Positions 10,443-19,924 of a DNA stretch of 64,000 nucleotides are shown here, piece by piece (the stretch's first letter is position 1; every line of letters begins with the position of its first letter). A model generated the notes under the pieces. That model saw nothing but the letters and a program-made list of their open reading frames with translations, made no database searches and had not been told where the DNA came from. The DNA lies in the NCBI GenBank assembly GCA_963817525.1, contig CAWFOU010000001.1, forward strand, positions 512,001-576,000, read 5' to 3'. A program made the position numbers and the translations under genes. The DNA is from an uncultured archaeon (lineage in GTDB: Archaea; Thermoproteota; Nitrososphaeria; Nitrososphaerales; Gagatemarchaeaceae).

Positions 10443-10899
10443 TATGCTGCTCGACACGACGTACCTGCTTCCCGCTTTCGGGGTCGCGGTGCGGCTGAAG
10501 GGATTCGAGGAGCGATTCCCGAAGCTACTGGAGAGATACTCGGTCAGCTACAACCCCATAAGCATAGTGGAGGTGAAGTGGATAGTCCTCAGACTCGCCC
10601 GTGAACGGGCGGCGGATCGGGACAGCCTTCTAGAGAGGTACAGGCTGGGGTTGAGGGTCATCCTCGAGGACGAAAGGCTGGCGCAGTCGAGCTTGACTAG
10701 CGAAGCAGTCGAGCGCATAGCGGACGGGCTCCTGGTCGAAAGCGGCGCCAAGGACTACTTCGACAGGACGATCTACGCCACGGCGTGCGCGAGCGACAGC
10801 GTTCTGCTCACGGAGGACGAGGAGCTGCGGGCGCTCAAGGCTAAGGAAGCAGCCCCTAGACCTAGCGACATCCTCGCCTGGAAGGACCTTGAACACTAG
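10435..10899 (+). CDS. vapC: PIN-domain toxin
   Basis: LLDTTYL, SIVE, DYFDRTIYATA, LLTED. Confidence 0.85.
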   Translation: MVDMLLDTTYLLPAFGVAVRLKGFEERFPKLLERYSVSYNPISIVEVKWIVLRLARERAADRDSLLERYRLGLRVILEDERLAQSSLTSEAVERIADGLLVESGAKDYFDRTIYATACASDSVLLTEDEELRALKAKEAAPRPSDILAWKDLEH

Positions 10900-11012
10900 A
10901 AGCTGTAGGAGAGCTCGAGGTGCGACTTTGCGAACGTCTTCATCATCTCGTAGGGCATGCTGAGGACGCAGTTCAAGGGGAAGAATATGCTTTGTTGCGA
11001 CGCTGTCCACGC
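10896..11012 (-). repeat. Degenerate direct duplicate of the VWA gene 3' end (second copy at 11931-12046)
   Basis: CTAGAAGCTGTAGGA.AGCTCGAGGT.CGACTTTGCGAACGTCTTCATCATCTCGTAGGGC.TGCTGAGGACGCAGTTCA... is present at both positions. Confidence 0.9.
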
Positions 11013-11095
11013 TCACCGGGTAAGTGTCGACTTTTACCCTTCATGATGTCATCTAGAGCTTTTCCGACCCGCGGCCTTTGGGCGGCCGCAATCCT

Positions 11096-11572
11096 TCATG
11101 GCACGGGGGTCCTGGTTGTCCGGCTTTCCGTGGCGAAGGGGTTCACGACCTTCACCCAGGGGATCTTCCTAAAGTCCTTCTCATTTTCAGTGTAGAGCGT
11201 GCCGACCCCGGCTTCCTTCATCGTCTCGGCTATCATGATGTCCCAGAACGACGTGTTTATCGTTCGCAGGTCTTCCAGGGCGTGTTTTACTGTGAGATGG
11301 CTGTAGTTCAGCTTTCCCCACTTTGGAGAGTCCACGAAGGCGTCCACTATCAGGCTTGCTTCCTCCTTCGGCAAGGGCTTGGCGACGTTTCTTGTCAAGA
11401 CCACGTAGAGCTCGCCAAGAACCTGGCTGGAGACGCAGTAGGGCGACTCCCCCTCAAAACCAGACCTCACGAGTCTCTCGCAGATCTTCCTTCGCTTCGG
11501 GTCGCTCTTGTCGTAGGCGTATGCAAGGATGTTGGTGTCGAGGACTGCGCGTTTGTCTCCTTCATCGCTCAT
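11096..11572 (-). CDS. vapC: PIN-domain toxin
   Basis: VLDTNILAY, QVLGE, SFWDIMIAET, LYTEN. Confidence 0.9.
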   Translation of the reverse strand: MSDEGDKRAVLDTNILAYAYDKSDPKRRKICERLVRSGFEGESPYCVSSQVLGELYVVLTRNVAKPLPKEEASLIVDAFVDSPKWGKLNYSHLTVKHALEDLRTINTSFWDIMIAETMKEAGVGTLYTENEKDFRKIPWVKVVNPFATESRTTRTPVP

Positions 11573-11807
11573 GAAGCTCGTCTCGATGCCCGTACTTTAT
11601 CCCGCCCATGTCAACTCCACGTTCCAGGAGCGCCATGGCCGCGGCGACCGTGTCCGCCCCTTCCATCTCTTTCGTCCACTTCTCCATGGCGTCCGTCAGC
11701 GCCCTGCCAAGGTATCCCTTCTTGCTGCCCTGCGCAAGTCTCGCCACCTTCCTGAACCTTCTCTCGACCTCGGCGTTGACGCTGAAGGTGAGGGTCTTCG
11801 TTGCCAT
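11562..11807 (-). CDS. vapB: Ribbon-helix-helix antitoxin
   Basis: TLTFSVNAEVERRFRK...ALTDAMEKW and C-terminal RDELHER; overlaps the PIN gene; palindrome ATCTTATAAGAT at 11837-11848. Confidence 0.75.
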   Translation of the reverse strand: MATKTLTFSVNAEVERRFRKVARLAQGSKKGYLGRALTDAMEKWTKEMEGADTVAAAMALLERGVDMGGIKYGHRDELHER

Positions 11808-11930
11808 GCAATGTATTTAGAACTTATATTATTTAAATCTTATAAGATGTAAGTAGAACCCTTATGCAAGCCTCCGCGCCTCTCGACCGCAGGGCGCGAG
11901 GATTGGAAGGCCGCGACGATGGGTCTCGCT

Positions 11931-13640
11931 CTAGAAGCTGTAGGACAGCTCGAGGTACGACTTTGCGAACGTCTTCATCATCTCGTAGGGCGTGCTGAGG
12001 ACGCAGTTCACCGGGAAGAACTGCTTTATCGCGCCGCTGTCCACGCCCACCCCCATGAGGTAGATGTCCGACTTGCCGAAGGTCTTGATCACGGATATCA
12101 GCTTCTTGTCGATGTCGTTGTATCCCGACGGGTACCCGTCGGAGACCACCACGAGGATGCGCACGCCGGCCTCCCTCGTGCTCAGGGCCTTGTGCGCGAC
12201 CTGGAGGGCGTCGGGAAGGAGGGTCGTGCTCCTCTGGGTGAGACCCCCGATCCTGCCCTTCGTGGTCATGTCGTAGTTCTCGCTAAAGTCCTTTATCACC
12301 TGGATCGAGTTGTTGAACGACAGCATCGCCCACTGGGTCCGCTGCCTCATCAGCTTCGTCGCGACCTCCGCGAGGCAGGTCGCTATCCCCCTGGTCTCCT
12401 GGGCGAAGGACGAGATGCTCTTGCTCGCGTCGATGAGTATCACCCACGCCTCGTCCTTGTACATGGGCTGGAGCTGCTCGAAGACGTCGGTCCTCGGGGA
12501 CTCCGTCGCCATCACCTGCATGACCGCCTGGGTGTCGAGCTGCGCGCCCGCGTCGTGTCCCGAGACGTCGTCCAGGACGTTCTTCACCATCATGAGCTGG
12601 TCCCTCACGTTCTTGATCGGCCCGGCCAGCTCGCTCCTCACCCGCTGGAAGGTGGCGAAGTCGCCCGGCGGGAACTCGATCCCGTCGAGCCTGGTGGGCG
12701 CTATCAGTCCCTCGTAGTAGGCCCTGATCTTGTCCGTCCTGGCGAGCGCGGCCTCTTCACTGGTCAGGACCTCTCGGGCTTCGGACAGGAATATCGAGTC
12801 GTTCGCCGTCGTGTCCTCGCTAAGACCCACCCTCGCGAGGGCGGACCTGAGCAACGAGTCGCTGACGCTCTGGTCGCGCTCTAGCAGCTTACCGTCGAAC
12901 AGGTCGCAGGGCCCGTGCGCCTCGGTGAAGGGGAAGTAGGGGATCTCGGAGAGCTGACCGCGGGAGCTGACCGCGGAGTAGACCTCCTGGGCGGCCTTCG
13001 CGAGGAGCTGCTTCTTCTCCGGCGCCCTGTCCTTCGCGTACTCCTCCACGTCGATCCTCACGCACTCGTCCACTCCGGCCACTTCCGTGTCCTCTTCCCG
13101 GGCCAGCCTGTCCCCGCTGGACTTGAAAACCCCTGCCGAGCTCAGGAGGAGCTTGGTCGCGACGCGGAGGGCGGAGTTGTCGATGCCCTCGGGGTCTGCC
13201 AGGCGCAGCGCGGAGATGTGGCTCGCGTAGGCCAGGTCGGCGAGGACTCCGCCCCACTTTAGCTTCGCCTCTGTGACGATGTGGACGTCCTCGACCAAGG
13301 ATACGGCGAAGGTCGCCGCGCCCACGTCCTTGCCCTTCGCCCAGGCCGCGTACCCCCTAAAGTCCGAGAAGGCGGCGTGGAGGGAAAGGTGGAAGACCGA
13401 CGCCCGAAAGTTGCGCCAGGTCGACTCCCAGCCTTTGGAGTCCTGGTCGGCGTAGAGGCCCTGGACCTGGTAGAACTTCTCTTCGACGATCCTGGGCGGC
13501 GGGAGCTTGACCACCAGGCCCCTGTTGTCGGCGGAGAGGACCGGGAACTTCAGGCCCTCATCGAGGATGAGCCTGAAGGTGTCGTAGTCGCGCTGCGCTA
13601 TGCTGGTCGCAGTGTTCCAAGCGTAGTCAAGGGTGTTCAG
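11931..13640 (-). CDS. VWA-domain protein (NorD/CbbO-like AAA+ adaptor)
   Basis: MIDAS residues ILIDASKS...T...VVSDGYP. The frame stays open upstream of the listed ORF to a CTG at 13640 that overlaps the AAA gene end. Confidence 0.85.
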   Translation of the reverse strand: MNTLDYAWNTATSIAQRDYDTFRLILDEGLKFPVLSADNRGLVVKLPPPRIVEEKFYQVQGLYADQDSKGWESTWRNFRASVFHLSLHAAFSDFRGYAAWAKGKDVGAATFAVSLVEDVHIVTEAKLKWGGVLADLAYASHISALRLADPEGIDNSALRVATKLLLSSAGVFKSSGDRLAREEDTEVAGVDECVRIDVEEYAKDRAPEKKQLLAKAAQEVYSAVSSRGQLSEIPYFPFTEAHGPCDLFDGKLLERDQSVSDSLLRSALARVGLSEDTTANDSIFLSEAREVLTSEEAALARTDKIRAYYEGLIAPTRLDGIEFPPGDFATFQRVRSELAGPIKNVRDQLMMVKNVLDDVSGHDAGAQLDTQAVMQVMATESPRTDVFEQLQPMYKDEAWVILIDASKSISSFAQETRGIATCLAEVATKLMRQRTQWAMLSFNNSIQVIKDFSENYDMTTKGRIGGLTQRSTTLLPDALQVAHKALSTREAGVRILVVVSDGYPSGYNDIDKKLISVIKTFGKSDIYLMGVGVDSGAIKQFFPVNCVLSTPYEMMKTFAKSYLELSYSF

Positions 13641-16062
13641 TCTTCTCTACCGGCTTCTTGCTCTCTCCGCCGCCGAACACCAGCGAGCATATCCTCCTCA
13701 CGATCTGCTGTATCTCGGCGTCGTCGGAGGTAAGCGCGACGAGGGTCTCGTCTGCGGCCGCCTTGGGGTCGAGGCCGTCGGCGATGAGGGTCGACCAGTT
13801 TAGAAGGTCTCCGACGGACGGGCCGTACGGGAGGTCGCCGCTCTTGTACCTCTTCCTGCACTCCGCCCCGACCCGGATCACCTTCTCCGCGATGTCCAGA
13901 GGTATCTTCGCCCGCTCCGCGAGCATCTTGACTTCCCTTGCAGATATCCTCGTCCCCACGCTCAGGTAGTCGAAGTCAATCCAGACGCTCATGCGGCGCC
14001 TGAAGGCCGCGTTGAGGGGCTTGGTGCCCGAGAACTCCGAGGAGAAGGGGTTCATGCTGATGACCACGTAGCCGAACGGGTGCCTCGGGATGACCTCGTT
14101 GTCCTTCTCGTTGAGGACCATGTGCCCTCTCGTGTCGAGGACGGGGTTGAGCCTGGTCGCGATGTCCTGCTTCATCATGTTCGCCTCGTCCAGGTAGAGT
14201 ATCCCGCCGTATCTCATCCATGAGACTATCGTCCCGTCGATCCAGTTGTCCTTGCCGAGGCCAACGAACCTCCCGAACATGTCGTAGACGGAGGTCTGGA
14301 GGCCGCAGTTGATCTCCCAGAGGGGGAGGCCCGCGATCTGGGCGACCAGGTAGACGATGTGGGTGTTGTGGGTAAGGACCCCGCCGAATCCCGCGGCAAA
14401 CGTCTCCGTCCCCGGAACCTGGAAGTCGTAGACCCAGCCGTCGTACGGGGTCTGCTCGACCCGCTTGACCGTGTCCCAGAGGACGTTCGACTCGGCCGTG
14501 CTGGCTAGCTCAGGGGACCTCAGGTCGCTTGCGATCCTTGCGAGGGTCCGGAGCCCAATCATTCCGGTTCTAGGATAGAGGGTCGATACCGTCCTCTTGT
14601 AATAGGCCTTGTTCTTGAATTCGCTGGGAAGTTTCCCGTATGCCCTCTTGGCGATTGAGAGCATCTCAGGGGTCACCTTGACCTTCTCAACGTGTCCTCT
14701 ATTGTCCGTCGCGCTAGTGAGCCCCGTGATTTTCACGCCGAGCTTCGCGGCCCCGTCCCTCGCCATCACGATAGAGTATGCGGTGGCGCCCTTGGTCTTT
14801 CTCACCCTGACCGTCGGGAAGATGTCGAGCTGCTCGCACAGCACCAAGAGCCCGTTTGCGAGCTCCCTGCTCGAGGTGCCAAGCAGTACCTCCGACCCCT
14901 CTTCTTCCCAACCGTCACCCTCCAGGAAGCCTCTGAGGAACGCAATCTTCGAGGCGTCGGACATGGCGAAGACAAAGCCGGGGACCTTCTTGTATCTGGC
15001 TTGCGACCCCTTCCCGGTGCCGACGCGCATGCTGACGGTAGCCAGGGAAAGCATCGAAACGAACGCCTTGCTGAACACCCGAAGCTCTGTCTGCCCCCTT
15101 TGCACTCTGGTCGAAGTCCGCAGACCCATCGAGCTGAGCAGCTTCGAGCACCTTTCGACCACCGAAGCCTCCTTCTGGTAGATTGACGCGAAGCCCTTGC
15201 CGTTGTAGCCCTCCGCGACGAAGAACCCCAAGAACCAGGAGAACTCTTCGGTGAGCGCGATTATTGGCGGCGCGGGAACTTGCAGGTCTTCCCTCGCTCC
15301 CACGACCACCCCCCCTTCCGTCAGCTTGGCACCGGGAACCAAGTCGGCCACTGCGATTTCCTCGAGCGGCGCGACTTCGATCTTGGGTATCCGGCGCATG
15401 ACCGGGATCATTGTTCCCGGCCTTACACGTCCGGCCTTCACTTCTTCCCCATCGGTGATGAAGGAATGCTCGGGGGTAGCCCTTATCGTCCGGTTCCTGG
15501 AAGTCGTGACCTCGACGACCGCCCCCTTGTAAGTCGAGCGCGCCAGCGCGTGGGCCCTCTTCCAGCAGGCACCGCCCGTAAGCCTGTCAATCGAGAGAAC
15601 CTTGAGGTCCACACCTGCGAGCACGATGGTCTCCCAGCCGTCCTCATGGAGCCCCACGGGGAGTCTTTGCCCGAGCTCCGCGAAAAGCGAATCGACCGTC
15701 GTAAGCCTGGGCTTGCCCTCCAAGAGCACAAAGACGGGTTCGCCCTGGCATACGCTCTTGCCCGTCCCCGATGGCCCGATCAGCGCGGTCTGCCTGAAGT
15801 AGTAGAGAGCGCGCATTATCCTTCCTACATAGCCCTCGCCTTCGTCCACATAGTCGGGGACGTTGCTGGGAATCATGCTCTTGAGCGCCTCCGGCACTGG
15901 ATACCCGACCCCCAAGTCGTACTTCGACACGGAGTACCTGTCCTTGAGAGACTGCTGACCGGTCCGGGGGGTGACGGAGAGCTTCACCGACAGGCGGGCC
16001 CCTTGCCCTTCGGAAGACGTGGTAATCGTCGTCTTGGAGATTTTATCGCTAGAATGACTCAA
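13627..16062 (-). CDS. CbbQ/NirQ/NorQ (MoxR-class) AAA+ ATPase interrupted by an intein
   Basis: Walker A GPSGTGK|T, Walker B LYLDEAN, SMNP, LNAAFRRR; spliced extein about 347 aa. Confidence 0.9.
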   Translation of the reverse strand: MSHSSDKISKTTITTSSEGQGARLSVKLSVTPRTGQQSLKDRYSVSKYDLGVGYPVPEALKSMIPSNVPDYVDEGEGYVGRIMRALYYFRQTALIGPSGTGKSVCQGEPVFVLLEGKPRLTTVDSLFAELGQRLPVGLHEDGWETIVLAGVDLKVLSIDRLTGGACWKRAHALARSTYKGAVVEVTTSRNRTIRATPEHSFITDGEEVKAGRVRPGTMIPVMRRIPKIEVAPLEEIAVADLVPGAKLTEGGVVVGAREDLQVPAPPIIALTEEFSWFLGFFVAEGYNGKGFASIYQKEASVVERCSKLLSSMGLRTSTRVQRGQTELRVFSKAFVSMLSLATVSMRVGTGKGSQARYKKVPGFVFAMSDASKIAFLRGFLEGDGWEEEGSEVLLGTSSRELANGLLVLCEQLDIFPTVRVRKTKGATAYSIVMARDGAAKLGVKITGLTSATDNRGHVEKVKVTPEMLSIAKRAYGKLPSEFKNKAYYKRTVSTLYPRTGMIGLRTLARIASDLRSPELASTAESNVLWDTVKRVEQTPYDGWVYDFQVPGTETFAAGFGGVLTHNTHIVYLVAQIAGLPLWEINCGLQTSVYDMFGRFVGLGKDNWIDGTIVSWMRYGGILYLDEANMMKQDIATRLNPVLDTRGHMVLNEKDNEVIPRHPFGYVVISMNPFSSEFSGTKPLNAAFRRRMSVWIDFDYLSVGTRISAREVKMLAERAKIPLDIAEKVIRVGAECRKRYKSGDLPYGPSVGDLLNWSTLIADGLDPKAAADETLVALTSDDAEIQQIVRRICSLVFGGGESKKPVEKTEHP
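14365..15756 (-). mobile_element. Intein with LAGLIDADG homing endonuclease (464 aa)
   Basis: Starts SVCQGEPV directly after the Walker A Lys; block B ATPEHSF; FLGFFVAEG and FLRGFLEGDG; block F VYDFQV; ends THN before Thr+1. Confidence 0.93.
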
Positions 16063-16090
16063 TGAGGATGAAAAAACGTGCAGAAGTTCT

Positions 16091-16121
16091 AATTAAATGG
16101 TTATGAATTCACAGTTCATAA
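16091..16121 (-). promoter_or_regulatory. Dyad motif plus TATA-like box for the AAA-VWA operon
   Basis: TTATGAA-N7-TTCATAA palindrome containing GAAT-TCACA-GTTC (16105-16117), 7 bp from TTTAATT on the - strand. Confidence 0.55.
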
Positions 16122-16190
16122 TCGTGGTTCGTATATCCTTAAATTGACTCAGCTCTCGTTCCTCCAACGGACGCGTAGGTCATATTTTCA

Positions 16191-16625
16191 ATGGTAGAAG
16201 TCGAAGTTCTCGTCAAGAATGTAGAGGCGAACCGGCTCAGCGACGAGGCCAAAGACGACACCAGCGTGACCTTCGACGTCGCCGCTTCTCTGACGGAGGT
16301 CGACCATCAGGCGGGTCAGTTCACCCTAAAGTACAGCATAGCGATAACTTCCCAGCCTCCCGTCGCAAGGATGGACGTCTCGGGGACCGCCAGGATAACG
16401 GGAGAGGAACCAGACATCCAGGAGCTCTTGAAGGCCGCCGAGGGAAACAACCCGCCTCCTGTGTTCATGAGCATCTACCAGAAGGTGTATGCGATACTCT
16501 ACCTCTTGTCGGGGTCGCTTAAGATCCCCTACCCCTCGCCCGGACTGATGAAGGTCGTCAAGATGGCCTCCCCCGGAGAGGTGGGCTCCGTCAAAGAAGA
16601 GAAGCCGCCCGCGATATCGGCCTAG
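16191..16625 (+). CDS. Hypothetical protein, possible SecB-like fold
   Basis: Four predicted beta strands (VKNVEANR...LKYSIAITSQPPVARMDVSG) then a helix ending LKIPYPSP; paralogous to the next gene. Confidence 0.55.
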   Translation: MVEVEVLVKNVEANRLSDEAKDDTSVTFDVAASLTEVDHQAGQFTLKYSIAITSQPPVARMDVSGTARITGEEPDIQELLKAAEGNNPPPVFMSIYQKVYAILYLLSGSLKIPYPSPGLMKVVKMASPGEVGSVKEEKPPAISA

Positions 16626-16706
16626 AGCCCTGGCGCGGAACCAGCGGCTGTTAGCATTCTGTAGGTCAGCTTAGACTGGAAGCGGCTGAGAATATCTAGA
16701 GCCCGG

Positions 16707-17210
16707 CTAGTGCGCTACCGGGGCGACTGTCTCGACCCGCGGTTCAACTTGCTGGGCGGCCCCAGCGGACTCCGCGACCTCGCCTGCGACCATGTGGACG
16801 TCCCGAATCAGGAGGGGGGAAGGAGCTATGAGGTCTGCGGTCTGGAAGGTAAGGTAGAGAGTCTCGTAGTTCTTGGCGTATATCTGCATCGCGATCTCGG
16901 AGATCTTGCCCTCGCCGAGCGCCTGCAGGTCGGTCACCGCGCTTATCGCCGGGCTCGTTATCGTGACCTCTCCCGAGAGCTCTGCCCGCTCCACGGCGGG
17001 GTTCGCGTCGAGGTAGAGGGTGTACTTCAACCGGAGCCTTCCCTTCACCGTCTCGATCTCCTTGATCTCCGCGCCCAAGTCGAAAGTGACCTTGGGCATC
17101 GCCGCCGTGTGTCCCAGAATCAGCTTGGCCACCTTCACCTTGGTCAGGGTGCAATGCAAGTCGCTCAGGTCGAGTTGGAAGGGCGCATCCCTGTTGCTGT
17201 GCATCATCAC
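16707..17210 (-). CDS. Hypothetical protein, paralogue of 16191-16625
   Basis: Shared VTFD..A...E, LKY.....P.V.R...SG, IY.K.Y..LYL......PSP pattern. Confidence 0.6.
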   Translation of the reverse strand: MMMHSNRDAPFQLDLSDLHCTLTKVKVAKLILGHTAAMPKVTFDLGAEIKEIETVKGRLRLKYTLYLDANPAVERAELSGEVTITSPAISAVTDLQALGEGKISEIAMQIYAKNYETLYLTFQTADLIAPSPLLIRDVHMVAGEVAESAGAAQQVEPRVETVAPVAH

Positions 17211-17462
17211 TGTATGAAGGGCGAAAACAGTTAAGCGATTTCGGGTTTAATCAGGATCTGGCCACCCCGCCTTCTGGAAGACGGCAACCTGATCTGGGCC
17301 GCAGGACGCCCAGACGCCTGGGCCGGCAGTCGCCATCGAACGCGTCAGCGTGCAAGTTCAAGCCGTCTTTTGTGGTTAGAAAAATTGGAAGGGAGGAGTC
17401 TTCCTCCTCCCCCTTCTTGCCTATGCTTCGTTTCAGCTACTGATGCAATCTGTCTGCTGAAG

Positions 17463-18434
17463 TCAGTTGTGGCCGTCGTTGCCGCTTTGAGCGACTGTGG
17501 CTGTGATCGATGTGCTGAAGGATACCGCGGGTGTGCCCCATGTGGTCGTGTAGCTGCCAGATATCGAGCCGGCCGTGAAGGTCCCGGTCGATTGGAAGCC
17601 CGTTAAGGTGCACGTCCCCTCGACACCCGTCGTGTATGAGGAGCAGTCCGAGGTTGGAAGGCGCTGGTGCCGGGATGGTTGACTGGCCTGTGTAGTTCCC
17701 GTTCGCGTTCAGAGACGAAGGCGTCATGCCTGTGAAGGACATGCTGCCCGAGTCCCGAGCCGTGCCTGCGACTAGGTTCTCCAGCTCGGCCCCGTTGAGG
17801 GTCATGGTGCCGGAAACTGCCTTGCCGCTTAGGGTGCCGACGAGCGGCCCCGGTCACCTGCGAGCCTAACCAGAGGATTGTCCCCTGATTGTAGGTCGCC
17901 ACGATGCCGATGTAGCCGTCATTGGACCCAATGACTATGGGGGCTCCGAACGGATTGAAGTATGGGTTCTCGATGTTGATTGACTCTGGGATGGTTTGTG
18001 TCTGGCGCCCGATCGTCACCTGGACGTTCGAGGTGTCCGTCACGAAGTAGAACGGGACTTCGCTGTTCCCGATTACTGCTCCGGGGACGCTGCCGACGAT
18101 GTTGAAGTTGCCCCTCATGGTGATGGGCACTCCTCCCATGGTCGTCCCGCTCAGGGTGAGGCTCGCGTAGCCTCTGGTCGTGAGCCCGGTCTGCGTCGCT
18201 ATCAGGTTGTACTGAAGCGTCGCTCCCGGATTAAACGATCTGCCCGAGGACTTCGGCGTAGCCGACGACCCCGCCGCTGACGTTGTAGATTTGGGTGCCA
18301 AGGTTGGTTACTCCCCCGGCTGGGATTGTCATGTTGAGGGTGCGTGGCGAGCTCGCGAAGGCCGCGGATGTCCCGCCGAGTAGGAATAGGATGGCGATGG
18401 ATGTCAGTGCTGTTCTGCGTACGTATGTCTTCAT
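17463..18434 (-). CDS. Secreted beta-rich (Thr/Gly) protein; about 3 frameshifts
   Basis: Signal peptide MKTYVRRTALTSIAILFLLGGTSAAFA. Coding continues through ORF pieces 18231-18803, 17603-18301 and 17437-17805, and ends ...ATVAQSGNDGHN in another frame. Confidence 0.65.
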
Positions 18435-18544
18435 TACTGGGCTGTGCGCTCCCGTCGAGGTATATCGATTCTTGGCGAAATCCAGAAGAAATCGGGGCGC
18501 CCCCAGCTTGACGCCTAGACGGCAGCCTTGTCGGCAGAACAGCG

Positions 18545-18925
18545 CTACTTTAGCTCTTCCAGCGGATTGGGGATGGCACCAGTCCTCGTCTCCATTTGCT
18601 TCTTCAATTTGACTCCTTTGACGTAGCCGCCCCATATCTCGGCAAACCTGGCAGTCCCGATGGCGAAGATGGACACGGATGCGAAGAGGGTGGCATCCCT
18701 GATCCCGCTCGTCTGTATCGAGACATCGCCCATGTAGTCGAAATAGGCGCCCTCGACCACCCACATCGCGAAGAAGAAACCCGCCATGCAGATCGGGATC
18801 CATTCGTACCTTAGCATGCTGAGCTCTTCGATGTTGTAGATCTGGTGGAGAGTCCTGACGAGATAGTAGCCGGGAGCGAGACAGGTTCCCGCGAGCAAAA
18901 CGTCAAAAAACGCGTTAAGATTCAA
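18545..18925 (-). CDS. Small membrane protein (about 3 TM)
   Basis: Hydrophobic helices; GAAC-TCTAC-GTCC dyad at 18963-18975, 7 bp from TTTTAAT. Confidence 0.65.
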   Translation of the reverse strand: MNLNAFFDVLLAGTCLAPGYYLVRTLHQIYNIEELSMLRYEWIPICMAGFFFAMWVVEGAYFDYMGDVSIQTSGIRDATLFASVSIFAIGTARFAEIWGGYVKGVKLKKQMETRTGAIPNPLEELK

Positions 18926-19035
18926 CGACTCGATAACCCCTCCAGATTATTAAAAGCGTTCTGAACTCTACGTCCATTCTCTGCGGATTTGCGCGCGAAC
19001 TTATCCAGGATCGCGCAGGTCAGGTCTCAGTCAGG

Positions 19036-19752
19036 CTAGGGTGAAAACGGAAGGATCTCCACGCCGTGCGGAGTGAAGAGGACGCTGTGGAACTTCCTGC
19101 TGTGCTCTGTCCCGCGGAGCTTTCTGATGAGGAACTGTGTCTTTATCTCGACGTCCCTCGAGATGTAGTTCCTCAGCTCGAAGATGCCGTCCGCGACGAA
19201 CTCCTCGACCCCAGTCTCGGGGGCTAGGGCGGTGCCCTGCGGCCTGCTTACGGTCATCAGCGTCGTCACGCCCTCCCGCTTTAGGGTCTTGTAGACCAAG
19301 TGCATTAGGAAGCTATAGTCGAACTTCTCCTGCGTCCCGCTCATGAACGCGGTCAGGGAGTCGACGACGAGCCTTCGGGCCCCGATGTCGTCAAGAGCCT
19401 TTAGCAGGGCCTCTATGTTCGACCCCATGCCCCTGCCTTCGAGCGCCTCGAGGTCGAGGACCTTGATCTTCCCCTCCTTCTCCAGGGCGTCAAAGTCCAT
19501 CCCGAAGCGGAGGAGGTTCCTCTTCAGGCTCTTGGTGTCCTCCTCGAATGTGGCGAACACGGCCTTCTCGTTGAAGAGCTTGGCGGAGTTGTACACGAAC
19601 TGCGAGGAGAATATCGTCTTTCCGGTCCCGAGGTCGCCGAGCAGGAGGATGAAGTCCCCCTTTTGCAGCCCTCCCCCTATCAGCGGGTCTAACCCGGGGA
19701 TGCCCGTCTTGAGCCTGACTTCGGCCGAAACAGTCGCCAAGATGGCGAGCAC
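19036..19752 (-). CDS. KaiC/RAD55-family ATPase (single domain)
   Basis: TGIPGLD, GDLGTGKT, TFEE, LVVDSLT, KLRGT. Confidence 0.92.
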   Translation of the reverse strand: MLAILATVSAEVRLKTGIPGLDPLIGGGLQKGDFILLLGDLGTGKTIFSSQFVYNSAKLFNEKAVFATFEEDTKSLKRNLLRFGMDFDALEKEGKIKVLDLEALEGRGMGSNIEALLKALDDIGARRLVVDSLTAFMSGTQEKFDYSFLMHLVYKTLKREGVTTLMTVSRPQGTALAPETGVEEFVADGIFELRNYISRDVEIKTQFLIRKLRGTEHSRKFHSVLFTPHGVEILPFSP

Positions 19753-19924
19753 AGGAATCCCCTCCTAAAATACGTTAGCGAGCCGGGCTCCAAAAATCGT
19801 GAGACTGGAATACATTCTATGCGTAAAATGGCCAGAATCTCCTGAATTCTTTCACTTTTCTCGAACATAGAGGAGAAATTCACATTGTTTTATTAGCCGA
19901 AAAGGCAAGTTGGACGGTTGCGCG

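Noticed and set aside
11919-12884. Long antisense or alternative-frame ORFs (also 20176-20994, 44667-45812, 49778-50719, 59835-61250)
   Set aside because: Shadows of GC3-biased real genes; no recognisable motifs
13627-16062. Gas-vesicle GvpN, Rubisco activase or NO-reductase accessory role
   Set aside because: No gvpA, rbcL or norB in the window
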